A stretch of DNA of 64,000 bases from an uncultured delta proteobacterium (GTDB lineage: Bacteria > Desulfobacterota > Binatia > UBA9968): the NCBI GenBank assembly GCA_963737905.1, contig CAVTUQ010000028.1, forward strand, positions 128,001-192,000. The letters are read 5' to 3'. Position numbers and translations under genes: made by a program. The stretch's first letter is position 1; each line of letters begins with the position of its first letter. The notes below the pieces were generated by a model, which was not told the DNA's origin, did not search any database, and saw only the letters and a program-made list of their open reading frames with translations. Shown here piece by piece: positions 1 to 10,915 of this stretch.

Positions 1-1425
1 TGCAATCATGCCGCGATTCAGGGTCAGCATCTGAACAACACCGTAATGTACACTCCGATCTATGCCGGTCCGCAGTGCGCCGCCTTGATTGGCTTCTTCG
101 CCATCAATGTCCACTGGATCGACATTGGCGGTATCACCCCGCGCTCCAGCGACATCTTCATGGAAGGTCTGCAGCTCCGCTCGATCAAACTCTGGTCCAA
201 GGGAGAGCCGATTCAAGAAGTTTACCGGATCATCGAAAACAACACGCGCTTTCCCGTCGAGCTGATGGGTGACATAGCGGCGCAATATGCGGGCTGCGTA
301 CTCGGCCGCGACATGACTCAAGCGCTGGCCGATAGGTACGGCATCGATTCGTTTTCGAGCGCCGTAAAAACCATTCTCGACCAGAGTGAAGCGGCGGCGC
401 GCGCCCAGATCAGCGCGATTCCCGACGGTGTATATGCCTACGAGACGTTTTTCGACAACGACGGTGAAACCGGCGAACCCATTCCGATCCGCGTGAAGGT
501 CATCGTCGCTGGGGATGAGATGACCATCGATTACGGCGAAATGGCCGATCAAGTGAAAGGCTGCATCAACTCCGGCTACTACGGTGGCGGCCGCACCACG
601 GCACGGGTAGCGTTCAAATACTTGATCGCGAACAACGAACCGGCCAATGAAGGCACCTTTCGGCCGTTAAAACTCATTTTGCCGGAAGGAAAGATCCTCA
701 GCGCCCACCCAACGGCACCCATGGGCAACTACTCGCAGCCGTTCCCGACAGTGATCGATGCAATTATCAAAGCGCTCGAAAACGCTTTGCCCGAGCGCGT
801 GACAGGCGCACATTTCGGAACCTTTTCCGGTGTGCGCTTCCGCGGGAAACGAATCGAAAACGGAGCGCCATTCGATTGTCACGACAGCGGCCACGGCGGT
901 TGGGGCGCCTGCGCCGCGCACGACGGCGCGGGGCCTTTCCGAACAATGGCTCACGGCGACACGCGCATCATTCCCGTCGAGCTACAGGAGTCGATGTATC
1001 CGTATCGCATCGTAGAGTTCGGCCTCCGTGAAGACTCGGCGGGCGCCGGCAAATTTCGCGGCGGCCTGGGTTTTCGCAAACGCTATCAGATTCTCGGCCC
1101 CTGCAACCTGCAGGCATTGTTCGACCGGGTCAAATTTCCACCGTGGGGTGTGCAAGGCGGTAAGGAAGCCAAGTCCGGGCAGATCACGGTCGTGAAGAAG
1201 TCGGGTACAAAAGAAATCATTCACAAGAGTAAAGGCTATCCGTTGGAACCTGGCGATGAGATCATCGTTGAGACGGGAGGCGGAGGCGGTTACGGACCGC
1301 CTTCGGAACGACGGCGCGAGCTAGTTGAGCGGGATTTGCTTCGGGGTTATGTCTCTCTCGATGCGGCGGAACGAGATTACGGTATCAAACTCGGACCGGA
1401 GCCGTTCGATACCGATAGGTCATAA
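1..1425 (+). CDS. Hydantoinase B/oxoprolinase family protein (5' truncated by window)
   Basis: Frame open from base 1 (CNHAAIQGQHLNN); motifs NEGTFRP, DSAGAGKFRGGLG, ETGGGGGYGPP. Confidence 0.9.
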   Translation, partial: CNHAAIQGQHLNNTVMYTPIYAGPQCAALIGFFAINVHWIDIGGITPRSSDIFMEGLQLRSIKLWSKGEPIQEVYRIIENNTRFPVELMGDIAAQYAGCVLGRDMTQALADRYGIDSFSSAVKTILDQSEAAARAQISAIPDGVYAYETFFDNDGETGEPIPIRVKVIVAGDEMTIDYGEMADQVKGCINSGYYGGGRTTARVAFKYLIANNEPANEGTFRPLKLILPEGKILSAHPTAPMGNYSQPFPTVIDAIIKALENALPERVTGAHFGTFSGVRFRGKRIENGAPFDCHDSGHGGWGACAAHDGAGPFRTMAHGDTRIIPVELQESMYPYRIVEFGLREDSAGAGKFRGGLGFRKRYQILGPCNLQALFDRVKFPPWGVQGGKEAKSGQITVVKKSGTKEIIHKSKGYPLEPGDEIIVETGGGGGYGPPSERRRELVERDLLRGYVSLDAAERDYGIKLGPEPFDTDRS

Positions 1426-1495
1426 TCTCATGATCCGGTGCTTGTGATCTCAGAAGAGCAAGGTCAGCCACAAAAACAGCTAAAACTTTGACTGC

Positions 1496-1888
1496 TTACT
1501 TGTCCGCAATGCGAGCGGATCGTGGATAAAGCTTGAACCCACCGAACCCGTACTCGCCCGCCGGCATGTTGGTGCCTGCATCGAAGAGGTCAATGAGCAT
1601 AAACTTTTCCGGATGGCCGGCGAGATAATTGGAATAGGTATCGACAAAACGTTCCTGGCTGTGAAAGTCCGCGCGGAAGAACGCTTCGCCGACATATAGC
1701 CGATGAGGACGATGTTTAGCGTCCAGCCGAACCCAGTATCGAGACCCATCGGGACCTAACGTATCAAGCCATTTCTTATACTGGGCTATGACGGCCTCCC
1801 GTTTTTGGAATTCGTCTCCCCGGGCGGGGGTATGTTGGAGACAGCTAAGCGACAACGCCAAGAGAACAGCTGCGATAATTTTCTTCAT
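1496..1888 (-). CDS. Hypothetical secreted protein
   Basis: Signal peptide MKKIIAAVLLALSLSC; AGGAGG SD upstream. Confidence 0.7.
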   Translation of the reverse strand: MKKIIAAVLLALSLSCLQHTPARGDEFQKREAVIAQYKKWLDTLGPDGSRYWVRLDAKHRPHRLYVGEAFFRADFHSQERFVDTYSNYLAGHPEKFMLIDLFDAGTNMPAGEYGFGGFKLYPRSARIADK

Positions 1889-2278
1889 ATATCCTCCTGT
1901 CTAAAACCGCGCGCAATCGATGACGCAAGTTCTCTGCCAGACCAGCGGATAGACTGGGAGGAGATCTATCGGCCTTAGGGGAGGATGCCTTGGACCTTTT
2001 TGTCACAACGTGGGAATCGGTGCGCCGCAACACGATCTAAACTGGGTTTCGGAAAGCTTGAGCTGGAATCGCCTCTGTACATTATTGGCCGTCCTGCAGA
2101 GTAGAGATCAGTTTGTTTCCGATGTCGATTATTCGAGCGACCAGGTAGGAAAATCGGAAAGAATAGGGACTGAAGCGCCCATCTGTTCAGTCGCAAGATT
2201 TCAAACGGCAGCAGTGTCCGGCAGGTCTACCAAGCGGTGCTTGGAGGCGGGGAAGAAACTGGGGCGCTCAACCGAGTG

Positions 2279-4600
2279 TCACGCGTTACTTACGGCCTTT
2301 CCCTCGGCTTTCCGTATCGCTTCCCAAAGCTTGGGCGCCGTATAGGGCATGTCGATATGATCGATGCCCAGCGGCGCCAGGGCGTCCATGATGGCGTTGG
2401 CCACCGCGGGCGGCGCGCCGTTGGTGCCGGCTTCGCCGACGCCTTTGACTCCCAACGGATTGAAAGGATTCGCTGTTACGGTCTCGCCGAGAGTGAGCTG
2501 AGGCATATCAGCGGCGCGCATCACCGCGTAATTCATCAAGGTGCCGGTGAGCACCTGGCCCTCTTCACCAAAGAGCATCTGCTCCCGCAGCGCTTCGCCA
2601 AGCCCCTGCGCCACGCCGCCGTGCACCTGTCCCTCGACGATCATTGGATTGACGACTACACCGCAGTCGTCCACCAGTACGAGTTTCTCGATGCTCGGCT
2701 TGCCGGTTTCGCGATCGATTCGCACCATCGCCACGTGCGCGCCGAAGCCCCACGCTTCGCGTCGGGGATCGAAGAATACCGTTTCCTGGAGGCCAGGCTC
2801 CATACCGGGTGGAACTCTTCCCCCATACGCGGCGGCCGCGATTTGACGCCACGTTACTTTCTTCTCCGGGACACCGGCGACGGCGAATCCGCCGTCGGCC
2901 TGTATCACGTCTTCGGGCGCAGCTTCCACCAAATGGGCGGCGATCCGACGCGCTTTTTGAATCACACGCTCGGCAGCGAGCGCCATCGAGCCGCCACCCA
3001 TCACCATGCTTCTGCTGCCGAAGGTACCGACGCCTTGCTGGACCGCCATCGTGTCGCCGTGACGAATCGCCACATGATCCATGGAAACATGCATCTTGTC
3101 GGCGATCACCTGGGCATAGGAAGTCTCGTGTCCCTGGCCGTGACTGCTGGAGCCTGTGAGCACCGTGATTTCGCCGGTGCGCTCGACCCTCACGGTGCCG
3201 CTTTCAAAGCCGGCGCCACCGCTGGGCTCGACAAAAGTTGAAACACCCACACCCACCAGCTCCCCACGCGCCCGCGTCGCGTCGCGCTCCCCGATGAGCT
3301 TTTCGTAATCGGAGAGACGCATGGCCTCAGCAAGTGATTTTTCGTAGTCGCCGGAGTCGTATTCAACTCCCACTCCGGTCTTGTAAGGAAACTGCTGGGG
3401 GCGAATGAAGTTCTTGCGCCGCATCGCCAAACGATCGAGTCCCAATTCCTTAGCCGCCTTGTCGACCAGGCGCTCGATATTGAGCACCGACTCCGGCCTG
3501 CCGGCGCCGCGGTACGGCCCGGTAGGAGTGGTATTAGTAAACACCGCCACGACTTCGACATGACAATTTTGAATCTGATAGGAGCCCGGCGCCATACCCA
3601 TCATGCGCTGCGGCGGACCCGCCGTACTCGAGTACAGGTAGGCACCGAGATTGGCCACCACACGCACCTTCAGGCCCAGCATCGTGCCATCTTTCTTAAG
3701 CGCCAACTCCGACGTCATCGCCTGATCACGGCCCTGAATCGTAGTGACGAAATCCTCGCTGCGTGTGGCGATCCACTTGATCGGCTGCCCCAGCTTAAGC
3801 GCCAGATGACACGCGAGCACATACTCGCGATACAGCGGTCCCTTGCTGCCGAACCCGCCGCCGACGTCAGGCGCGATGACACGAATTTTATGCTCGGGGA
3901 ATCCGAGGGCGGTGGCGAGATCGCCGCGCACTCGGTGCGGCGCCTGAGTGGAAAGCCATACCGTGAGATCACCTGTCGATTCCGGCTTTACCACGATTCC
4001 TCTCGGCTCGATCGCCAGCGCGACCTGGCGCGGGCTGGCGATATGCATGCGGCAAATATGCTCTGCCTGCGCGAACGCTTTTTCCACGTCGCCGCCTTTT
4101 TTAGTCGCGACGTAACAAATGTTGCTGTCCAACTCCTCGCGCGCCAGCGGCGCACCAGGCTCAAGAGCCTTCTCTGCGTCGATTACAGAGGGCAGCGCTT
4201 CGTATTCTACTTCGATGGCGTTGGCGGCGTCCTGCGCGAGAGCGCGGTTCTGCGCTACTACGGCGGCGACTGCAACGCCCGCTTCATGCACGGCGCCGCG
4301 GGCCAGCAATGGGTGGGGCGGTATCTTCTGATCCTGCACCATGGGTGCCACCGGTATGCTGAGCTGTTTAACATCCTCACCGGTCACAACGGTTAGCACG
4401 CCGACCATCGTCTTGGCCGCGTCGGTCTTAATGGAAATTATTTTTGCGTGCGGATACGTCGTACGGAGGAAGGCTAGATACAACATTCCTGGCAACTGGA
4501 TGTCGTCCACATAGCACCCTTTGCCGGCAACCAGAACCGGATCTTCGACCCGCCGAATCGATGCGCCGATAAGTCCGGTTGGAGTATGATCAGTCGTCAT
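2279..4600 (-). CDS. Xanthine dehydrogenase family molybdopterin-binding large subunit (CoxL-like)
   Basis: VGGGFGSK, PYRGAGRPE, HGQGHET, GQVHGG, KGVGEAG motifs. Confidence 0.92.
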   Translation of the reverse strand: MTTDHTPTGLIGASIRRVEDPVLVAGKGCYVDDIQLPGMLYLAFLRTTYPHAKIISIKTDAAKTMVGVLTVVTGEDVKQLSIPVAPMVQDQKIPPHPLLARGAVHEAGVAVAAVVAQNRALAQDAANAIEVEYEALPSVIDAEKALEPGAPLAREELDSNICYVATKKGGDVEKAFAQAEHICRMHIASPRQVALAIEPRGIVVKPESTGDLTVWLSTQAPHRVRGDLATALGFPEHKIRVIAPDVGGGFGSKGPLYREYVLACHLALKLGQPIKWIATRSEDFVTTIQGRDQAMTSELALKKDGTMLGLKVRVVANLGAYLYSSTAGPPQRMMGMAPGSYQIQNCHVEVVAVFTNTTPTGPYRGAGRPESVLNIERLVDKAAKELGLDRLAMRRKNFIRPQQFPYKTGVGVEYDSGDYEKSLAEAMRLSDYEKLIGERDATRARGELVGVGVSTFVEPSGGAGFESGTVRVERTGEITVLTGSSSHGQGHETSYAQVIADKMHVSMDHVAIRHGDTMAVQQGVGTFGSRSMVMGGGSMALAAERVIQKARRIAAHLVEAAPEDVIQADGGFAVAGVPEKKVTWRQIAAAAYGGRVPPGMEPGLQETVFFDPRREAWGFGAHVAMVRIDRETGKPSIEKLVLVDDCGVVVNPMIVEGQVHGGVAQGLGEALREQMLFGEEGQVLTGTLMNYAVMRAADMPQLTLGETVTANPFNPLGVKGVGEAGTNGAPPAVANAIMDALAPLGIDHIDMPYTAPKLWEAIRKAEGKAVSNA

Positions 4601-4624
4601 GGAATAACCTCTCGTTCAAAAGCA

Positions 4625-4691
4625 ATCGTGTTCGTGCCCGTGTTTCGTGTTCGTGACAAAAGACGAGCACGATCACGCATCACGAGCACGG
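4625..4691. repeat. Inverted arrays of 6-nt repeats (TTCGTG / CACGAG) forming an intergenic hairpin
   Basis: atcgtgttcgtgcccgtgtttcgtgttcgtg ... gacgagcacgatcacgcatcacgagcacg. Confidence 0.7.
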
Positions 4692-4695
4692 TTTC

Positions 4696-5568
4696 TTAAC
4701 TCACCGCCCTTTTCACTGCCGCTTCGATTGCTTGCCGCGCATAGACGGTCGCTACGTGGCGCTTATATCCCGCGCTCGCGTACGTGTCTCCCTCCGGGAT
4801 CCGTCCTTTCGGTCGGCCTTTCCTGCGGCCAGCGGCAATGACTTCCGCCGTCAGCGGTTTTCCTTGCAGTTCCATTTCCGTAGTCACGGCCCTTACCGGA
4901 CCGCTGCCCATTCCCCCGAGAACGACGCGGGCTGAAGCGCATGAGCCGGATTTCTGTCGGGTGATTAAAACGCCGGCGCTCACCACGACGTAGCCGGAAG
5001 CCGGATGCGGCAGTTTGACATACGCCGTGCCACTACCGGCGTCGGGTAACGGCACACGAATTTCGGTCAGCACTTCACTCGCATTCATGGCGGTCGTGTA
5101 GAAATCGACAAAGAAATCGTCCGCCGCCACCGTTCGGCTACCCGACGTCGATTGCAAGACAAACGACGCGTTCAGCGCGGTGAGGATCACGGGAAAATCC
5201 GCCCCCGGATCCGCGTGGGCGATGCTTCCACCGATGGTGCCGCGATTGCGCACCTGCACATCGCCGATCACCGATGCCGCGTCCACCAAACCTGGCAAGT
5301 GCTTCTGTACCAGCTCCGACGAAGCCACATCGGCGTGCACCGTGAGCGCGCCAATCGCCAGCGTATTGCCATCCATACGCACGCCCCGCAGGCCCGGCAC
5401 GGTGCCGAGGTCGATCAAAGTGCGCGGCGACGCCAGTCTAAGCTTCATGGCCGGGATCAAACTGTGCCCCCCGGCCAGCAACTTGGCGTCTTCACCATGC
5501 TGGGCCAATAATTGCAGCGCCTCCTCCACCGAATGCGCCGCGACGTAGCCAAAGCTAGCGGGAAACAT
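4696..5568 (-). CDS. XDH family FAD-binding medium subunit (CoxM-like)
   Basis: [22 protein letters not shown]; C-terminal stretch looks garbled by compensating indels. Confidence 0.92.
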   Translation of the reverse strand: MFPASFGYVAAHSVEEALQLLAQHGEDAKLLAGGHSLIPAMKLRLASPRTLIDLGTVPGLRGVRMDGNTLAIGALTVHADVASSELVQKHLPGLVDAASVIGDVQVRNRGTIGGSIAHADPGADFPVILTALNASFVLQSTSGSRTVAADDFFVDFYTTAMNASEVLTEIRVPLPDAGSGTAYVKLPHPASGYVVVSAGVLITRQKSGSCASARVVLGGMGSGPVRAVTTEMELQGKPLTAEVIAAGRRKGRPKGRIPEGDTYASAGYKRHVATVYARQAIEAAVKRAVS

Positions 5569-6067
5569 TTTTGCCTCCCATCTTTTCCGCGGCCCAGCGA
5601 ACCGATTCGACGATATTGACGTAGCCCGTACAGCGACACAAGTTACCTTCCAACGCGTGGCGGATTTCTTCTTCCGTCGGATTTGGGTTTGTCTCCAGGA
5701 GGCTTACAGCGGTCATGATCATGCCGGGCGTGCAGTAGCCACACTGCAAGCCGTGTTTTTCGCGAAACCCTTCCTGCACCGGATGCAGCACGCCTTCGCG
5801 CGCAAGACCTTCGACTGTTGTAATTTCCGTCCCGTTCGCCTGAGCCGCCAGGATCGTGCACGACTTGACGGCTCGGCCGTTTAATTGAATCGTACAAGCG
5901 CCGCATTGGCTGGTATCGCAGCCCACGTGGGTGCCCGTCAGATTCAAATGCTCGCGCAAAAAATAAACCAGCAGCGTCCTTGGCTCTACAAGAGCTTCAT
6001 GCTTTACACCGTTGACGGTGACTTTTATTGGAACAGCCGCAAACTCGATCTCAGCAGCCATGCTCAC
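5555..6067 (-). CDS. 2Fe-2S small subunit (CoxS-like)
   Basis: [28 protein letters not shown]. Confidence 0.95.
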   Translation of the reverse strand: MSMAAEIEFAAVPIKVTVNGVKHEALVEPRTLLVYFLREHLNLTGTHVGCDTSQCGACTIQLNGRAVKSCTILAAQANGTEITTVEGLAREGVLHPVQEGFREKHGLQCGYCTPGMIMTAVSLLETNPNPTEEEIRHALEGNLCRCTGYVNIVESVRWAAEKMGGKNVSR

Positions 6068-6257
6068 TCGGCCTCCATCCGTACGTCATTGGATTCTGTG
6101 TTGTGAAGAAATCGACTTCGAATGTCATACACTGACTTCGTCGCGGTCTCAATACCTCTCAAGGGAATCTTCATAAATTATCAGTGGTAAGATCAACCAA
6201 GGTATTTTTTTCAACACGTGCTTGACAAACAGGAGGCGTTTCCACTATGACCGGCCC

Positions 6258-7313
6258 ATGTCGCGCCGGCGCCATATTCTCCAAAGGATATGCGGGTTGA
6301 CCGTTCTGACGATGGCGTTCGCCACCGTTGGCCCTGGGCCCACCCGGGCCAACCCCTACCTTAGCAAGCCCGGAGAACCGCCGGCAAAGGTCCGCGCGGC
6401 CACCTGTGCGTTGAGCGGGGGATTCATTCACCTCTATGCAGCTCTCGATAACGGTCTATTCGAAAAATACGGAGTCAAAGTTGAGTTTGTCTCGATTCGC
6501 GGCAGCGTTGTGTCGCTGGCCGCCCTGGCTTCCGACGAGATCCAGTTTCTTTATTGCGCCGCCGACGCGACCATACCCGGGCTGGCCGCGGGCAGCGACG
6601 CCAAGCTGATCGGCGCGCCGCTCGTCGGCCTTCCATGGGTCCTGCTCGCGCGCAAAGATATCAAGCGGCCGGAAGATTTGAGAGGCAAGAGCATTGCGGT
6701 GACCCGTGCGGGGGATCTCGTCTACCGGCTCGCCAGGGCGCTGATAAGAAAATTCAACTTCACGGAAGATGACGTCAGGATCCGGCCTGTGGGCGGCACC
6801 GGGCAGGTTGAGCCGTTGAACGCGGTTTTTGCCGGGTTGGCCGAAGCTTGCCTGGTGACCCCGCCGCTTGACGTGCGGGGTACGAGGAATGGTTTGAATT
6901 TGGTGTACCGGTTAAACGATTTGGGTGTCCCCGCAGTTTATAGTTCGATCCATGCAAATACCAAGACATTGAAAGAGCGCCCCGGCGTGACGCAGAAATG
7001 GGTTGCGGCCCTGGCGGAGTCCATCTCCTTCGTGGAGAAAAATCCCGAGAAGAGCAAAGCCGCCGTAGCCAAAGCTCTCAAGCTCAACGACCCCGAAGCG
7101 CTCCAGTCCGCTTACGCGGCTTACGCAAAATTGCTTGTCAACCGGCGCATGATGGTGCCGGAAAGCACTGTAGCCGGAGTGATCGAGGTCGCTCGCGAGC
7201 AGGGTACGTCGGTGCGCAAGAAGGCGGCTGAGATTATCGACAACACTTTCGCCGAGAATCTAGACAAGAGCGGATTCCTCAAAGAGATCTGGGGCAACGC
7301 GCTTCCTCGGTAG
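6258..7313 (+). CDS. ABC transporter substrate-binding protein, NMT1/THI5/SsuA-like
   Basis: Signal peptide, GLFEKYGVKVEFV, EDLRGKSIAVT; start set at MSRRR. Confidence 0.85.
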   Translation: MSRRRHILQRICGLTVLTMAFATVGPGPTRANPYLSKPGEPPAKVRAATCALSGGFIHLYAALDNGLFEKYGVKVEFVSIRGSVVSLAALASDEIQFLYCAADATIPGLAAGSDAKLIGAPLVGLPWVLLARKDIKRPEDLRGKSIAVTRAGDLVYRLARALIRKFNFTEDDVRIRPVGGTGQVEPLNAVFAGLAEACLVTPPLDVRGTRNGLNLVYRLNDLGVPAVYSSIHANTKTLKERPGVTQKWVAALAESISFVEKNPEKSKAAVAKALKLNDPEALQSAYAAYAKLLVNRRMMVPESTVAGVIEVAREQGTSVRKKAAEIIDNTFAENLDKSGFLKEIWGNALPR

Positions 7314-7323
7314 CCCGGCCAAC

Positions 7324-8451
7324 TCATTTTGCTCTGTACTCCTTGACCGCATCTTCATTGAGTTCCAACCCGAGCCCCGGTTTTTCACTCAACGTCACCC
7401 AACCTTTGACCGGTCCGGGCGCGTCTTTATAGAGCACGTTCCAGGTCAACCAGTTATTCACGTGAATCTCGGCACGCCAGCCGTTGGGCACCGCCGCGTG
7501 CAGATGGAGGTCGAAATGGTCCCCGTTGCCGACAGGCAGGTTGAACGCTTGCGCCACGCCGGCTGCCTTCATGCCCATGGTAAACCCGCCCACTGAAAGA
7601 ACATGGATATTCAAGAAGTCGACCGATCTCTGCTTTACCAGTTCACACAGCGTGGAAAAGTTCTCCCACTGTCCTGCTGCGATCGGTATGCTGGTCTGTT
7701 TGCGCAATTCGGCCAACAATCCCGGATCATTGTGCACGATAGGTTCTTCAAACCACATCAGATTATACGGCTCAAATCGTTTGCACCACCGAAGCGCAGC
7801 ATCGTATTTCATTAAGCAGTTGGCATCCGTCATCAATTCCACCGAATCGCCCACTGCGTCGCGCACCGCCCGCACGCGGGCCTCGTCCTCCGCCGGGTTA
7901 TCCTCGCGGGGCTCGGCACCGGCCCCAGAGGGATCCATCTCGCCACGAATATTGAGCCGGCCGACCTGAATTTTCAGGCGGCTCTCCCCCCTGGCAACCC
8001 AGTATTTCGCGGCTTCGGCCAGCTCGTCCCTTGAATAGGCTCGCAGCCCGAAGGTGATATAGGCCGGCAGAGACTTCTGCGCGGCTCCGAGAAGGCGCCA
8101 AACCGGAATCTTGAAGAACTTTCCTTTAATGTCCCAAAGCGCGACGTCGATGGCGCTCACCGCGAAATTCCATACCCCGGCGTGGGCACGCGTGTTGAAT
8201 TTCCACAGCATCTGGTGCATCAACCTTTCGGTCTCAAGAGGATCTTTCCCTTTCAAGAACGGCGCCAAATCGTTTTGAATAAAAGCAGCCGTAGCCGAAT
8301 GCATGAAACCGCCAATTTGAGAAAGGCCCACAATGCCGTTGTCCGTTTTTACTTTGAGTAACCGCACCGCCGCCCGCACTGGCTCCTTGAACAACGGCGG
8401 TGTGACCGGGATGTTTTGCAGTTCCACAATTTCGATATCAGCAATCTTCAA
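7324..8451 (-). CDS. Mandelate racemase/muconate lactonizing enzyme family protein
   Basis: SAIDVALWDIKGK, LMTDAN, WFEEP; paralog of 32668-33756. Confidence 0.9.
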   Translation of the reverse strand: MKIADIEIVELQNIPVTPPLFKEPVRAAVRLLKVKTDNGIVGLSQIGGFMHSATAAFIQNDLAPFLKGKDPLETERLMHQMLWKFNTRAHAGVWNFAVSAIDVALWDIKGKFFKIPVWRLLGAAQKSLPAYITFGLRAYSRDELAEAAKYWVARGESRLKIQVGRLNIRGEMDPSGAGAEPREDNPAEDEARVRAVRDAVGDSVELMTDANCLMKYDAALRWCKRFEPYNLMWFEEPIVHNDPGLLAELRKQTSIPIAAGQWENFSTLCELVKQRSVDFLNIHVLSVGGFTMGMKAAGVAQAFNLPVGNGDHFDLHLHAAVPNGWRAEIHVNNWLTWNVLYKDAPGPVKGWVTLSEKPGLGLELNEDAVKEYRAK

Positions 8452-8629
8452 AGGGATTCTCCTTTCTGGTGTAAGTCATACAATTTTTCCATCGACGATT
8501 TCGTTAGAGGCATCGAGCCGACTCCAGCGGCCCGTTGGGAGATTAGGTAAACAAGACGACAGCGTCAAGAGCGTTGTGTAAGCAAAGGCGCAGGGAATCG
8601 TCTAAGGCCACTGCAACCGCGCTCGTCAT

Positions 8630-9496
8630 TTAAAGCGCAAGCACTGCGCGAATCACCCCCTCGCAGACCTTCACCATAAAGTCGAGGTTCAAGGTCTCCA
8701 AAGCATCCATGGAACCGTGATAGTGCGGATTACGAAAGAAAGACGTGTCGGTCACCATCAGTGCTGGATAGCCGGCGTCCCAGAATGGGGAATGGTCGCT
8801 CAGGCGGACTGCTGGAATCAAACCTCCGTTGCCGGGCACTGACAGTGTCTCGACTGGCAGTCCTTGGACCTGGCGCATCTGCCGAGCAAACCGGCGCAGC
8901 AAAAAAGCCGATTTCCAATTCCCGATCACTCCGATAAAATCGCCCCGGTCGGGATAAAACGCTTTGAGCCCGAGCGGATACTTTTGGCTGCCCGGCCTTG
9001 CGTCCGTGTACCCGACCATTTCTAAAGATATCATGGCATCCACCTTCGCTCCCGCTGATTTCAGCTTTTTGGCAAAATAGCTGCTGCCGATCATATTGAG
9101 CTCTTCGAGATTAAAAGCACAAAACAGTACCTGCGAACCTCCTCTGGCGCGTGCAAGCAGCCTCGCTGCTTCCAGGAGAACCGCGACACCGCTAGCGTTG
9201 TCATCGGCGCCCGGCGTGCCTTGAACCGAATCGAAATGGGCTCCCAAAATAATTGAAGAGCCGCCGCGTTGAGCGCCCTGGCGGCCAATGATGTTGCGAA
9301 ACTTCTTTCCGCGGTACGAAAAAAAATCGCTTTCCACCTTGAGACCGTAGCTTCCCAGTTCCTTTTCGATAAAGCTTTCGACTGCCGTTAAATGGCGCTG
9401 GCCGCTAAACGGGTTTCTCTCGCCGACGATCGCCTCCAAGGTCCGGCGCAACCGCAGTGGATCGACCCTGATTTCAATATTCGACAATGCCATCAA
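8630..9496 (-). CDS. M28 family metallopeptidase
   Basis: GAHFDS, PGADDNASG, EE, SDHSPFW, YH. Confidence 0.9.
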   Translation of the reverse strand: MMALSNIEIRVDPLRLRRTLEAIVGERNPFSGQRHLTAVESFIEKELGSYGLKVESDFFSYRGKKFRNIIGRQGAQRGGSSIILGAHFDSVQGTPGADDNASGVAVLLEAARLLARARGGSQVLFCAFNLEELNMIGSSYFAKKLKSAGAKVDAMISLEMVGYTDARPGSQKYPLGLKAFYPDRGDFIGVIGNWKSAFLLRRFARQMRQVQGLPVETLSVPGNGGLIPAVRLSDHSPFWDAGYPALMVTDTSFFRNPHYHGSMDALETLNLDFMVKVCEGVIRAVLAL

Positions 9497-9614
9497 TTAT
9501 TCAGTCTAAAACAGAGCGTATCTTCGCGCCAGCAGAGTCTAGCGAATCTTTGATCGTCGTAGGTCATACGCGCTTGCGCTGACATGTGACCGATTATGTG
9601 GTACGAGGTAGACG

Positions 9615-10889
9615 ATGCGTCTTGAAATGGGTCTGGTGCATATTAGGGATGTGCGCTTCGGTTCGCGAACGGTCATCGACGACCATGTCTTGTTCATCGA
9701 TCGTCAGGAACTAGTCGCTCTTTTGGCTCAAGAACCGCTCTTTGACAGCGTGGAAATCGATCTCGCGCACCCCGGAGAGTCCTGCCGGATTATCCGGGTG
9801 CTGGATGTCCTGGAGCCTCGCTACCGATTGAATGGCCCCAATTTTCCCGGTGCTCTCGAAGAGATGGGTCTCGTCGGAGAGGGACAGACCCGCGCATTGA
9901 AAAACCTGTGTGTAATCGAGACCACCGCCGACCAAGCCCGCGGCAGAAACATCATCGATATGAGCGGGCCGGCGACGGACTATTCCCCTTTCGGCGCCAC
10001 ACACAACGTCGTGCTCATCCCACACGCGGCTCAAGGTGCCGATGTTGATGAGTATCGTCTCGCAGTTAAAAAAGCCGGGCTGCGAGCATCGGTCTACTTG
10101 GCAGCGGCCGCAAAGGAAATGGCTGCCGACGAAACCGAATTCTACGAGCTATCGCCCACTGCCTTTAACAGCGGGCCGAAGGAATTACCGCGCATCGGCT
10201 ACATTTTTCCCATCCATTCGCAGCAACATCCGACACATCAGAAGGAGACGGTTTTTTACGGCAGCAACATTCAGGGATTCCTGCCGACGATCGTCCATCC
10301 AAATGAAATCCTCGACGGGGCGCTCATGTTTTCTTATTCCGCCTTCACCTATTTCGCTCAGAACCATCCCGTCATCCGAGAACTCTACAGGCGGCACCAG
10401 CGCGACCTCTGGTTTGCCGGCGTCGTCGTCACCGTCGCCCCGGTTACGATCGTAGAGAAGGAACGTAACGCCCACCTTGCGGCGCGTCTAGCCAGCGAGG
10501 TTTTAGGCGCTAATGGGGTGATCGCGACCAAGATCGGCGGCGGCGCCGTGGATACCGATCTAATGATGATCTATGAGCGCTGTGAGGAAATGGGGTTGAA
10601 GGCCGCCCTTATCATTATGGAACGCTACCCTGACACCGGGATCACTTTTGTGCCGGGCAACGTCGATGCGCTTGTGACACCGGGACTGACCCGGGATGCG
10701 ATTACCTTGCCGCCTGTCGAACGAGTCATCGGTGGCGATACGTTATTCTTGGATAGTGCCAACCCGGACAATACCAACCCGGGGATCCCTCCCCTGCCGG
10801 CAAACCAAGAGCTGAGGCTCTGGGTCGGGGACATTGTCGGTGCCATTAGCCAAGTAGGAGCTTCCCGGCTAATCACCTATACCGGTTGA
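9615..10889 (+). CDS. Glycine/sarcosine/betaine reductase component B proprotein (GrdE-like)
   Basis: MRLEMG..I.DVRFG, PGESCRI, IIDMSGP, LPTIVHPNEILDGA, TY..QNHP. Confidence 0.85.
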   Translation: MRLEMGLVHIRDVRFGSRTVIDDHVLFIDRQELVALLAQEPLFDSVEIDLAHPGESCRIIRVLDVLEPRYRLNGPNFPGALEEMGLVGEGQTRALKNLCVIETTADQARGRNIIDMSGPATDYSPFGATHNVVLIPHAAQGADVDEYRLAVKKAGLRASVYLAAAAKEMAADETEFYELSPTAFNSGPKELPRIGYIFPIHSQQHPTHQKETVFYGSNIQGFLPTIVHPNEILDGALMFSYSAFTYFAQNHPVIRELYRRHQRDLWFAGVVVTVAPVTIVEKERNAHLAARLASEVLGANGVIATKIGGGAVDTDLMMIYERCEEMGLKAALIIMERYPDTGITFVPGNVDALVTPGLTRDAITLPPVERVIGGDTLFLDSANPDNTNPGIPPLPANQELRLWVGDIVGAISQVGASRLITYTG

Positions 10890-10915
10890 TTAAGCGTCGG
10901 GCTCTGGAGGTCTTC

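Noticed and set aside
2237-4396. Long plus-strand ORFs 2237-3241 and 3560-4396, and 33076-34071
   Set aside because: Antisense shadows of well-supported GC-rich genes
2279-4600. Bona fide aerobic CO dehydrogenase
   Set aside because: Lacks AYxCSFR motif and cox accessory genes
4790-4840. Novel basic motif [12 protein letters not shown] at the CoxM C-terminus
   Set aside because: Looks like compensating indels over an expected AAAKAAEGTDP-like sequence
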